A stretch of DNA of 63,301 nt, counting the filler, from Stramenopiles sp. TOSAG23-2 (taxonomy: Eukaryota), in the NCBI GenBank assembly GCA_900128395.1. It is 19 parts of 19 records of this genome, joined end to end, with 100 filler letters (N's around TTAATTAATTAA, not from the genome) between each part and the next. Parts side by side here need not be neighbours in the genome. Positions count along the whole stretch, not along the records: positions 43,436 to 46,666 come from LT651313.1; positions 46,767 to 49,996 come from LT651314.1; positions 50,097 to 53,325 come from LT651315.1; positions 53,426 to 56,653 come from LT651316.1; 15 more parts are not named here. One strand, written 5' to 3'. Each line of letters opens with the position of its first letter. The first letter of the stretch is position 1. Under the pieces are notes generated by a model. That model made no database searches, was not told the origin of the DNA, and was given only the letters and a program-made list of their open reading frames with translations. The position numbers and the translations under genes are program-made. Shown here one piece after another: positions 45,690-56,090 of this stretch.

Positions 45690-46318
45690 GTAACATGATG
45701 ATGTGCGGGTTGAATTTTATTTTCATGATATGCATATTTTTACGAGTCGTATATGATTATTATATAATATTGGTTAAAATCTAAGTTATAATAATTTTAC
45801 ACTTCTCGTGTTAAAGTAATATGCTCAATAATCAATTATATATCATATATATATGCATACGAATTTTTTAATTTACTCATGATAATTCCTACTCTCTCCA
45901 GAAAGAAGAATACAATAACTGAGACAACAATATCTATCTCACTATCATAAACTGTATGATAATATAAATCGTATTCAGTTTTATATTATTTTATATCGAG
46001 ATATTTTTCACTTCTGTATTATGATATAGATCTAATAAAATAACTACGAGCAAAAAAGTATTAAAAATATTGTGTGCGTAGATTATGAGAACCAAAATAA
46101 ATTTTTGTGGTCACACACGCCACATACATCTCATCATATATTCTTTTTTCTTCTTCTTCTTNNNNNNNNNNNNNNNNNNNNNNNNNNNNNNNNNNNNNNN
46201 NNNNNNNNNNNNNNNNNNNNNNNNNNNNNNNNNNNNNNNNNNNNNNNNNNNNNNNNNNNNNNNNNNNNNNNNNNNNNNNNNNNNNNNNNNNNNNNNNNNN
46301 NNNNNNNNNNNNNNNNTT

Positions 46319-46666
46319 TTACAACTTCTTACTCTCTTGTTGTTCTTGTTGATTATTTGGCATCATAAAATTATCATAAGCATCAAAGGCATCTTTTAAT
46401 TTTTCTTCTCGTGTTTTATTTTTCAATCCTTTTAACATATCATAAACTCGTCGTGTCTCTGGCTTCATATTCATTCTTTTTTTATGTTCCAACTCCTCCA
46501 TTTCTTGTTTATTATACGGATCAAATAAATCATCCTTTTTTAAATTTTGATTTTTATTAAATACATCATCTAATACAGAACGATCAAATTTATTAGAATC
46601 TTTATTATTATTATTATTATATACAACGGAATTTTGATTCTTTTTTATATCTACAAATGGTGTGGT
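46319..46666 (-). CDS. 3' fragment of an unknown protein (5' truncated at contig end)
   Basis: The frame is open from the contig edge (TTPFVDIKK...) through MEELEHKK...SKKL-stop. Confidence 0.5.
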   Translation of the reverse strand, partial: TTPFVDIKKNQNSVVYNNNNNKDSNKFDRSVLDDVFNKNQNLKKDDLFDPYNKQEMEELEHKKRMNMKPETRRVYDMLKGLKNKTREEKLKDAFDAYDNFMMPNNQQEQQESKKL

Positions 46667-47117
46667 NNNNNNNNNNNNNNNNNNNNNNNNNNNNNNNNNN
46701 NNNNNNNNNNTTAATTAATTAANNNNNNNNNNNNNNNNNNNNNNNNNNNNNNNNNNNNNNNNNNNNATAATATTACAAATCACAAATTTTATTTTGAAAA
46801 TAAATTAACAGAAACACTTGAGCAAATGAATATGAAAAAAAATTCATTGTTGTTGTGAAATGGTTTTACATTTAATGATTTTTAAAAAATGTACGAAGCG
46901 TATTATTTATTTTGGATATATATGTGATATATACATATCATATAGATATGTAATATCGCGATACAGTATATATAATATTAATATCATATATTCGTATTGT
47001 AGTATAATATATCATATATCATATCATATCGGTATATCGATACATAATTTTTTACATCATCGTATATACACTCTCGTACAATTCAACTACGTACGAACTT
47101 CGTACGACTCGTACCAC

Positions 47118-47429
47118 TTAGCTTCGATTCAAAACTTTATAAACTTGTAATAATAATTCATTCCCATCATTTTTTCTAATATGCCATTCATTACGTCTAC
47201 CTAGTTCTTCAATTATTCTTAATTTTCTTAAATAGTTATTTCTTTCATGCATTAATGCTAACTTGGAACAACGAAGAAAATGCTGTCTCTCTCTACAATG
47301 TTTACTAACTTCTACCCCTTTTTGCAAACGCTCTAATGCATGTTTAATAGCTCTTGGTAACGTTTTTACAGGAGCATACATTTCACATATTAAATTAGCG
47401 TCATTTTCTAATTGTTGTAATCTACTCAT
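47118..47429 (-). CDS. Small helical protein with EB1 C-terminal (EBH)-like motif
   Basis: LMHERNNYLRKLRIIEELG...LLLQVYKVL resembles EB1 LEKERDFYFxKLRxIE..LxxIxxILY; no CH domain seen. Confidence 0.5.
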   Translation of the reverse strand: MSRLQQLENDANLICEMYAPVKTLPRAIKHALERLQKGVEVSKHCRERQHFLRCSKLALMHERNNYLRKLRIIEELGRRNEWHIRKNDGNELLLQVYKVLNRS

Positions 47430-47972
47430 AATAATATTATGTTATTTCTTACCAGATAATTTTATATATACCAGTCAATCCTTCACATTTGTTTTAATGA
47501 AAAGGGCATATAGTTTGAGTATTTCTTTTATATAAATATGTGCCCGTCTCGTTCTATCGTCTCGTATATCTATCTATCTATAAAGATGTTATCGTCTGTG
47601 TGTGTTTGTTATAATTTATTTTTCACTCAGCAATTGAATTAATAATTCAATATTGTTGAACGCGCTAATACTAAGAATAACCTTCCTAGTAGGTAGTCTA
47701 GCATCATCACATACTAATACATCATACAATAAATTTTTTCAAAAAAATCAAAAATATTAGCACATTAATAAATAAATAATAAATAATAATAATATAAAAA
47801 AATTAATTGCACAATTATAATAAAAGGTTGTTATTATTTCAATTATATAGCGAATATAAAGATGGGATAGAACAAGATATATATATATATACTCCTGTAT
47901 ATACATATTACATACATACATATATTGACAGAGTAAGGAACAAACACTGAATATATAAAGTTAACAACGACC

Positions 47973-49784
47973 ATGAAAGTATTCTTATTATTACAAAGTA
48001 TTACAATATTATTTACGGTTTCAACCTATTGTTGTTCTACAACAAATGCATTTCAAGCGTGTGGTAGTCCAAAATTATCTTCACAAAGAATTTTATCCAA
48101 AAGATATCATGAAACTATGAAAATAAGTGACGTACCCACTGACCATTTTTGGGGTGATGTGAATGGAACTAATTATTTAACTGAATCTCGTAATCAACAT
48201 ATTCCTCAATATTGCGGCTCGTGTTGGGCATTTGGTACGTTGTCATCTTTAAACGATAGGCTAAAAATTGCGAATAAAGGAAAAGCACCAGAAACTATTT
48301 TAGCACCACAAGTATTAATTAATTGTGGTGGTGGTGGTTCCTGCGACGGCGGTAACGTTGGAGGTGTGTTTGATTACATGACCAAAAATGGTTTACCAGA
48401 TGAAGCTTGTCAAAATTATGAAGCAACGAATGATATTCAATGCAAACCTACAGGAATCTGCGAAACATGTGCACCAGGGAAAAATTGCACAGAGATTACT
48501 TCACCTAAACTATGGACTCTACAAGAATATGGTTATGTTAATAGTGGTTCTGATTATGATATTGATGGTGTTTTACTCTCATCCGTTGATAAAATTAAAG
48601 CAGAAGTTTCACAAGGTGGTCCAGTAGCCTGTGGTATTCATGCAACTCCTGAACTTGAAGCATTTGGAACAACAACACCAGTCGACTCATACCCAGGTGG
48701 TATATTTCATCAAAAAGCATTGTTACCAACACCAAATCACATTTTATCGATTGTTGGTTATGGTCATGATGTTTCAGTCAATAAAAGCTATTGGATACTC
48801 AGAAATTCGTGGGGGACCTACTGGGGAGAAAATGGGTATGGAAAAATACAAATGGGAAACGATAATTTAGGTATCGATGGCTTGTTTGGAGGTTGTTCAT
48901 TTGCAACCCCAGTTGAAATGAAACCGAAGACGGAGGAAATAATAACAGAGACAAAGGTAAAAAAAGGTACATTCCATAATTATGAACAAACATTGGTATC
49001 AAAAGAGAAAGGCGATGAATTGATAACATCACCATTACCACGTATTGAAGATGCTCCAGCAGCATTTGATATTCGTGATGTTGATGGTGTAAACTATGCT
49101 ACACCTAACAGAAATCAACATATTCCAAATTATTGTGGGTCGTGTTGGGCATTTGCAACAAGCAGTGCCCTTGGAGATCGCTTCAAAATGGCTCGAAAAG
49201 CTATATTCCCAGAAATCTTTCTATCACCACAATACTTGGTAAATTGTATTACTGGAAGTAGAGGTTGTGATGGTGGTCATCACTCATTAGTATATCCATA
49301 CTACAGTAAAAATGGTGGGGTTGATGAGACTTGTCAAAATTATCAAGCGAAAAATCTCAAATGCGATGCAGAAGGTACATGCATTAATTGTTCTCCATCG
49401 AAAGGATGTTTTCCAATGGGTACACCAGCGAATCAAAATAATTTTACAAAATATTACGTTGAACAATATGGCAATATACAAAAAAATGCATCGCAAATGA
49501 TGGCAGAAATCTCTGCTCGTGGTCCAATTGCATGTGGGATGTGTGTAACAGAGTCCTTTGAAAACTACAAAACAGGTGTTTTTAAAGATAATACTGGATG
49601 CACAAGACAAGATCATGTTGTTGCTATTTCTGGATACGGAACAGATGCAAAAGATGGTGATTACTGGATTGTTCGGAACAGCTGGGGTCGCTACTGGGGC
49701 GAAGATGGTTGGTTCAAAATTGTAAGAGGAACAAATAATATGGGAATTGAAGAGTCGTGCTCATGGGGAGTACCAAAACTTTAA
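47973..49784 (+). CDS. Secreted tandem (two-domain) cathepsin Z/X-like papain-family cysteine protease
   Basis: Signal peptide; RNQHIPQYCGSCWAF...NHILSIVGYG...WILRNSWG and RNQHIPNYCGSCWAF...DHVVAISGYG...WIVRNSWG. Confidence 0.95.
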   Translation: MKVFLLLQSITILFTVSTYCCSTTNAFQACGSPKLSSQRILSKRYHETMKISDVPTDHFWGDVNGTNYLTESRNQHIPQYCGSCWAFGTLSSLNDRLKIANKGKAPETILAPQVLINCGGGGSCDGGNVGGVFDYMTKNGLPDEACQNYEATNDIQCKPTGICETCAPGKNCTEITSPKLWTLQEYGYVNSGSDYDIDGVLLSSVDKIKAEVSQGGPVACGIHATPELEAFGTTTPVDSYPGGIFHQKALLPTPNHILSIVGYGHDVSVNKSYWILRNSWGTYWGENGYGKIQMGNDNLGIDGLFGGCSFATPVEMKPKTEEIITETKVKKGTFHNYEQTLVSKEKGDELITSPLPRIEDAPAAFDIRDVDGVNYATPNRNQHIPNYCGSCWAFATSSALGDRFKMARKAIFPEIFLSPQYLVNCITGSRGCDGGHHSLVYPYYSKNGGVDETCQNYQAKNLKCDAEGTCINCSPSKGCFPMGTPANQNNFTKYYVEQYGNIQKNASQMMAEISARGPIACGMCVTESFENYKTGVFKDNTGCTRQDHVVAISGYGTDAKDGDYWIVRNSWGRYWGEDGWFKIVRGTNNMGIEESCSWGVPKL

Positions 49785-50160
49785 AAAAACATTCTTGGGG
49801 CGTGTGTGGTTGCATATCGTATAATTTATTAAGTATATGTTATCATAAAAATATTTTTCGTCCGTAAAAAGTAAAAAATACGTATAATTCTTAATATATC
49901 TCATACATACATTAAAAAATCTATTTTAATCTGTGTTATGGTGACGGTGTTAATATTTTACATTTATTGATATCAGTTCCTTGTCCCCATCTTCAANNNN
50001 NNNNNNNNNNNNNNNNNNNNNNNNNNNNNNNNNNNNNNNNTTAATTAATTAANNNNNNNNNNNNNNNNNNNNNNNNNNNNNNNNNNNNNNNNNNNNGAAA
50101 TATAACAAACCAAACACATGTATACCACCATCAACACAATATCTCCTATTCATAAATAAA

Positions 50161-51834
50161 ATGGCGTACAATAACGTAACAATTCTAATAACGACAACCG
50201 CACTACTACTAACATTATTAATCAATACTATTATTACAAATGCAAATAAATTACATCAAGGTACAAAACCAAATATTGTTGTCATGTTTGTAGATGATCT
50301 TGGATATGGTGATGTTGGCTTTATAAATCCAGAAACAAAAGAAACGCCATTAATTGATGCAATTGCTAAAAAATCTTTGGTATTAACTGATTTTCATGCG
50401 GGTGCATCAGTTTGCACTCCATCAAGAGCAGCATTATTAACAGGGAGACTTGGTTTGAGGACTGGAATTAATAAAAATTTTGGTCCAACTAGTTTATATG
50501 GATTGTCTATAAATGAAACTACCATTCCAGAATATCTTGGAAAATATGGTGGCTATTATACCGGTGGTATGGGTAAATGGCATTTAGGTATGCATGCTCC
50601 TTATCATCCATCGTATCGATTTGATTATTATTTAGGAATACCATATAGTTTAGATATGGGATGTACGGATAATCCAGGAGCAAATTTGCCACCAGTTGAA
50701 AAATGTCCCAAAGGAGAAAATACTATTATCTTTAACAAGAAAAAGACGATTGAAAACGCCATAAATTATTATGATGCTCCTCCTGCACCTGATAGTAGAG
50801 TAGCACTTCCTTTATTTGAAAGTTATCGAAATTGTAGTGGGCGTACATGTAATGAAGATATTATTCAACAACCTGTTGACTTAACAACAGTCACGGATTA
50901 TTACATTAACAATACAAAAACAATCATTTTAAATGCACAAAAAGAAAAGAAACCATTTTTCATATATTTACCATTTTCTCATGTACATGTTCCATTAGCA
51001 ACGGATCCAAAATTTACAAATACATCTGCACGAGGAAATGTATTTGGTGACGTTTTAATGGAACTTGATCATGCCGTTCATTCAGTCGTTGAAACTGTAG
51101 AAGAATTAGCTGGTAAAGGGAATACATTGATTATTTTTACAGCTGATAATGGACCTTGGAATTCAAAATGCGATCTTGCTGGAAGTCAAGCACAATTTTT
51201 AGGAAAATGGCAAGAAACTCATGGTGGTGGTGGTGGTACAGGAAAATTTACTTTATGGGAAGGTGGGCACAGGGAACCATTTTTTGCATATTGGCCAGGA
51301 AAAATTAAACCACGTATAGATCATACAACAATTGGAAGTACATTTGACTTTTTGCCAACATTTCTATCATTAGCAGGTATTTCGTTACCAACTGATCGAT
51401 CATTTGATGGAGTGAGCTTAGAAAAAGTTTTTTTCGCCGATGATGATGTTCATAATAATGAAAGTCCGCCATTGTTACGAGAATTTTTATTTCATTCTGA
51501 AATTATAGTAGGTACATTAAATTCTATGCGTTACAAGGATTTAAAATTGTTTTTCCGTAGTTACCCAGCAGTTGATTGTCATGGAAGATCTAAAAAAGGA
51601 ATAACGCATGGTTTTGATACTCCATTAGTATTTAATTTAACAGCTGATCCAGCGGAAAGTAATCCAATAACAATTCATCCAGATATTTTATTGAAATGTC
51701 AAAATGCATATAAAGAAAAACTTCATGATATTCAAAATACACCATATTCTATTCCCAGTTATGCAACAGGTGGATTTTATGATGGGCCTTGTTGTGATAA
51801 AGACCGCCCAGTATGTCGTTGTAAATGGGATTAA
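50161..51834 (+). CDS. Arylsulfatase (ARSA/ARSG-like, formylglycine-dependent)
   Basis: Signal peptide; PNIVVMFVDDLGYGD; CTPSRAALLTGR; GKWHLG; FSHVHVP; FTADNGP; GKFTLWEGGHREP. Confidence 0.95.
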   Translation: MAYNNVTILITTTALLLTLLINTIITNANKLHQGTKPNIVVMFVDDLGYGDVGFINPETKETPLIDAIAKKSLVLTDFHAGASVCTPSRAALLTGRLGLRTGINKNFGPTSLYGLSINETTIPEYLGKYGGYYTGGMGKWHLGMHAPYHPSYRFDYYLGIPYSLDMGCTDNPGANLPPVEKCPKGENTIIFNKKKTIENAINYYDAPPAPDSRVALPLFESYRNCSGRTCNEDIIQQPVDLTTVTDYYINNTKTIILNAQKEKKPFFIYLPFSHVHVPLATDPKFTNTSARGNVFGDVLMELDHAVHSVVETVEELAGKGNTLIIFTADNGPWNSKCDLAGSQAQFLGKWQETHGGGGGTGKFTLWEGGHREPFFAYWPGKIKPRIDHTTIGSTFDFLPTFLSLAGISLPTDRSFDGVSLEKVFFADDDVHNNESPPLLREFLFHSEIIVGTLNSMRYKDLKLFFRSYPAVDCHGRSKKGITHGFDTPLVFNLTADPAESNPITIHPDILLKCQNAYKEKLHDIQNTPYSIPSYATGGFYDGPCCDKDRPVCRCKWD

Positions 51835-52116
51835 AAGGGCGCGTGTGTGCATTAAATATTATAATATATTTTTGTCGTTTTACGTATGTGTGCGTGTTTT
51901 ATCAAAAGTGTTGAGAAGAGAGAGAGAGGGTGTGTGTGTGTGTGTGTGTGTGGCACGGGGNNNNNNNNNNNNNNNNNNNNNNNNNNNNNNNNNNNNNNNN
52001 NNNNNNNNNNNNNNNNNNNNNNNNNNNNNNNNNNNNNNNNNNNNNNNNNNNNNNNNNNNNNNNNNNNNNNNNNNNNNNNNNNNNNNNNNNNNNNNNNNNN
52101 NNNNNNNNNNNNNACC

Positions 52117-53277
52117 CTAACCTACAATCAAACTTTGATATCCAAGAAATACGATGGAAGTGGCAAATAAAATAACACATAAAAATAATATCACAAATAT
52201 CCATCCTACTGGTGACATATTACAATTACAACACTTTGCAACTGGTGGGCTTAAATCACGAACATTTTGTTCTTCCCTTTTATATACCAATGTTTTAAAC
52301 ACATGATTTGTTGCTTTATTGACTATATATCTAAATGGGCTGATATATGTCATTAAAAACACTACAAGTCTTAAAAAATAAAATCGTAAATAATCACATA
52401 TACACATTCTAGGTAATTTTCTACCTAATCCATAATATGTATATGCAACAGATGATTTTACGCTAAAAAATGGTAAACCACAAAATAGCAAATTTAATCC
52501 ACCAATATATGCACCAGCCATTTCATCATATTCTTCTGGTGGATCTTGATTATCTGGAATTAAAACTTGATCAATAATTTCCCATACAATTGGATCTGCA
52601 TGTTTTAATCCTAATGAACATAAATTAAATTCATCTGAAACGCCTAATTGATAACCTGCACATTTCCAAAAATTAACATATCGTTCCAATTCTTCCTCCG
52701 TAGCATTTAATGCAAATTTCTCTGGTAAAATAGTCACAGCACCCATAAAACCAGATTGAACACAAGCCATATTATACATGGAAAGCCAAGTTTGACCAGG
52801 TTTTGCTTTATCCATTCTTTGGCGAACACTTGCATGTAAACCACGAACAAATTGCAACGATGTGAATGATTTGCTTGTTGGGTCGAAGATATCGCCTAAA
52901 TGCCAAGATGCTAAATGAGAACCAGTATTTAAATAACGTTTAAGTGCTTTTTTCTTCGTATTTGAATTTTTGGTATAAACTAGTGCTGATAATAATGTTG
53001 GTAAACTAAAACCAATTGTTAAGCTACAATGCCAAGCTAATATGATGGAAAACATATTTTTTTCAAAGAAACTTTTCATTTGTACGGGATCGTATACATC
53101 CTTGTTCAACCATTTTGGTTTCACCGTAGGATCAGATCCACAATCACCAGTAATATTTTTTCCTTTTTGCAAATCTTGTAATGATTTTGGTCCAAGGTTC
53201 GTCTTGGAATTATTTTTATTTATTGGTGCATCTGGTGCATCAGGAGATATTGGTAATAATTTTTCCGATAAATCCAT
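52117..53277 (-). CDS. DUF2236 / MpaB-Lcp-like ER-bound oxygenase family protein with C-terminal TM
   Basis: RYLNTG; VRGLHASVR; MACVQSGFMG; YVNFWKCAGYQLGVSDEFNLC; hydrophobic C-terminus. The stop lies 3 bp from an N gap. Confidence 0.75.
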   Translation of the reverse strand: MDLSEKLLPISPDAPDAPINKNNSKTNLGPKSLQDLQKGKNITGDCGSDPTVKPKWLNKDVYDPVQMKSFFEKNMFSIILAWHCSLTIGFSLPTLLSALVYTKNSNTKKKALKRYLNTGSHLASWHLGDIFDPTSKSFTSLQFVRGLHASVRQRMDKAKPGQTWLSMYNMACVQSGFMGAVTILPEKFALNATEEELERYVNFWKCAGYQLGVSDEFNLCSLGLKHADPIVWEIIDQVLIPDNQDPPEEYDEMAGAYIGGLNLLFCGLPFFSVKSSVAYTYYGLGRKLPRMCICDYLRFYFLRLVVFLMTYISPFRYIVNKATNHVFKTLVYKREEQNVRDLSPPVAKCCNCNMSPVGWIFVILFLCVILFATSIVFLGYQSLIVG

Positions 53278-53425
53278 TATCCTATAAATTATCTTTATTT
53301 CTACTTTACGAAATGTAAAAAAATANNNNNNNNNNNNNNNNNNNNNNNNNNNNNNNNNNNNNNNNNNNNTTAATTAATTAANNNNNNNNNNNNNNNNNNN
53401 NNNNNNNNNNNNNNNNNNNNNNNNN

Positions 53426-53729
53426 AATTATCCAATAATTGTTCTGTAGTCGTTGGTGTCATTTCTGAACCAGGTTCATAGCCACCTTTTATTTTAAAAT
53501 CTTCATCCTTTGATGTTGATGCCGAAGATGAAAAGAATCGATGGTTGTTGTTGTTATTATTATACATATTTATTATTCCTCCAACATGTTTCTTATTACT
53601 ATTATTATTAAATTTTGTTAATTTATGATGCTGTAGTAATATTGTACAATTACGTCTTGTAATTTTTGTTGTTGACGTGGTTAATACACGTTGCAATTTG
53701 ATTAATGTTGATGGCAACATGGTTGTCAT
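53426..53729 (-). CDS. 5' fragment of a probable mitochondrion-targeted protein
   Basis: Thr/Arg-rich presequence ending RFFSSSAS; open to the contig end. Confidence 0.55.
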
Positions 53730-54304
53730 GAATATGTATTGCTTTAATCTTTTTTGGTATTATATATTATCTGTGTTATACTCTGTCATTACCTCTCTCT
53801 ACACAATCTTCTTATCTTTGTTATTTGTTGTTCTATTTGGATGTTCTTCCATCGCCCATCAAAATAATAATGCAAGTGTAAGAAGTATGTAATTAAATTA
53901 TATACTTCTTACACTACGTTTTTATATAGTTTAATTTTAGTCTAGTTTAGTCGTTTAATTACCTTAACTAGTATTATGTGACTTACAATAAAAATTATTA
54001 TTCGAAAACTGAAAATTTAATTATTTAAAGTGTTATAAATTTTAAAATCGTCGGAATCGGCATATGGAGCATTTGAAGCGTTTGAACACCCCCCACCCCC
54101 ACCATCCGACCACCCGACATAAAACGGAGCAGCTCTACCACCAGTGATGGAGTGGTGGTACAGTAAAAGTTTATACGCATAGTTTGTAAATGAAAAGTAT
54201 GACATCAAAGATTTTCCTCCGCAAACCAACTGTGTGAAATTGTAATCTTGGCTTCCATATTGAACGCAAAACGCAAACCAGACGGAAACATTTTTTGGGT
54301 TATT

Positions 54305-55072
54305 TTAACTAATGTATTGGTATTGAAATTGAGCAAAATCTACATGTGACCCAGATGTGATTTCTTTTATCCACTTATTAAATTGTTTTGCTGTCTTTTC
54401 TGCAGCTTTACCAATATATTTCCACTTATGAGGACCCGTCGTCTCACCAAATGAACTGTTTACACTCGCTGGCATTATGAAGTAATTGTAAGGCCAGTCA
54501 GCGCCACCAATATCTTTGGGAATAATATGGTCCACGGTATACTTTCCGCTAAGAATAAAAGAAGGGAGGCACTTTTTTGCCGCTTTAGTCTTAAGCCACC
54601 TTTTTGTTGCGGCAAATGCACCTCTTTTTTTATTGTATCCTTTTTCAATTAGGAACATTCGTAGTTGAGGAAGATTTCCCAAATAACGATGATTCTGCTC
54701 CAACGGTTCAAGATATGGAATTTTAAATGGTTCCTTTCCACAGCTTTTTCTATTTTTAGTAGCTGTGTCTTTCCTTTTTCGTGTCCCACTTTTCTTCCTT
54801 TTTTTACCGGTGGATGGAGTTGAATTGGTTTCAGTACTATTTCTTTTCCTTCGCTTATTTTGTTTCTTGGTATTTTGACGGGCATTCCCAGAACCTGTTC
54901 CATGTAGCGGCACTTGTTGGCTATCATCAATTTGAGAATTAGAAGCCAAAGAATCTCTGCGATAAGGGACATTCTCCCTACTAACATTTGTTTTTTGATT
55001 TGAGGCGGTAAGAAAATGACGGGAAGTAACAGCAAGTAGATGCTGCATAATCTTAGGCTGTTGGCCACTCAT
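54305..55072 (-). CDS. HNH-endonuclease-like protein with basic disordered N-terminus
   Basis: YTVDHIIPKDIGGADWPYNYFIMPASVNSSFG (H-N-N variant of HNH); NLS-like KRRKR and KKRKK. Confidence 0.65.
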   Translation of the reverse strand: MSGQQPKIMQHLLAVTSRHFLTASNQKTNVSRENVPYRRDSLASNSQIDDSQQVPLHGTGSGNARQNTKKQNKRRKRNSTETNSTPSTGKKRKKSGTRKRKDTATKNRKSCGKEPFKIPYLEPLEQNHRYLGNLPQLRMFLIEKGYNKKRGAFAATKRWLKTKAAKKCLPSFILSGKYTVDHIIPKDIGGADWPYNYFIMPASVNSSFGETTGPHKWKYIGKAAEKTAKQFNKWIKEITSGSHVDFAQFQYQYIS

Positions 55073-55585
55073 TTTTTCTATGACCACGGTATAACACGCC
55101 TATCCAATCTTTGCCTGTGTCAAAAAAATGTTGTGCTTACAATAAGTCTGGGGTGTAAATTATATTTATCTATATTTATTTAAAGTAATAGCTGTGTATC
55201 TATCATCATATCCAGCGTTTCTTAGTAGTCGCTTTAGCTTTATTATAATTATTTTAGCAAAACCTACTCAGGAAACCTTAACGAGCAAATCCACTATGCA
55301 AGCACGCACGCAAGTACACCTCAAGAATCTCTATTATACAGTACAGTAGGCAAAACCTACGTCAACTTTTCCTTCTCTTCTCTATGGTTTAGCATATAAA
55401 TAGCACTATACTACCAACAAGGAAGAACAAACTGAAGAAGAAGAAAAAAGATACATCTCGATTTGAACATTTACAAAATACAAAAACAACAAAGTATACA
55501 TATTACACACATACATTTCCATTTTATGTACCCGAATAATATTCCAATACAACCACAATTATCCACCATCAAACACAGATTAAAC

Positions 55586-55780
55586 ATGATAACAACATCA
55601 ATTTACATTCTCACCATCGTACTTCTCCTACTATCCACACAAATTTCCACCAGTCACGCATTAAAATCTCAAAAGAAAACTACTTCCACCATTTCAAATA
55701 TTAAAAATCATTATGATATCAATAATAATATCATGGATATGCATGATGGTAATCTATTAAAAGTAGAATCGCTATATTAA
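55586..55780 (+). CDS. Short signal-peptide ORF, possibly the truncated 5' end of a secreted-protein gene
   Basis: MITTSIYILTIVLLLLSTQISTSHA signal peptide; stops ~75 bp before the RT fragment. Confidence 0.4.
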   Translation: MITTSIYILTIVLLLLSTQISTSHALKSQKKTTSTISNIKNHYDINNNIMDMHDGNLLKVESLY

Positions 55781-55854
55781 TGGTATGCAATGTGTTCTTC
55801 CTGCTGGTAAGATTGAAGTAGTTGTTCATAACCTGCTTTCGTGGCCGCAAGCTG

Positions 55855-56090
55855 CAAAAACCGAACGGCATTACTAACCACTCGTAAAGTCCTTTTGGTG
55901 TGATGCATGCGGTCTTTTCTATATCTTCTGGTGCTACGTTTATCTGCCAAAATCCACTTCTCATATCTCTGATACTGTAGTATTCTGATCCTTGTAGCTC
56001 CGTTAATATTTCGTCTGCTTTATGCATCGGGTAGGGGTTCTTTTTTGTCACTTCATTTAATTTCCTTGCGTCCATGCAGATCCTATACTT
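55855..56090 (-). mobile_element. Ty3/gypsy-type LTR retrotransposon reverse transcriptase fragment (relic)
   Basis: KYRICMDARKLNEVTKKNPYPMHKADEILTELQGSEYYSIRDMRSGFWQINVAPEDIEKTACITPKGLYEWLVMPFGFC; homology stops before YxDD, and an in-frame stop lies just upstream. Confidence 0.9.

Noticed and set aside
47090-47106. Short palindrome cgtacgaa-c-ttcgtacg downstream of the small ORF
   Set aside because: An 8-bp stem is too short to distinguish from chance, and bacterial-type terminators are not expected in this eukaryote.
52114-52123. CCCTAACC next to an N gap as a telomere repeat
   Set aside because: Only about one unit, and it coincides with the last codons and stop of the DUF2236 gene.
55731-56090. 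RT as part of a retron/DGR/defence-type RT system with the HNH gene
   Set aside because: Motifs are Ty3/gypsy-type, the fragment lacks the catalytic YxDD, and no ncRNA or template/variable repeat pair is visible.
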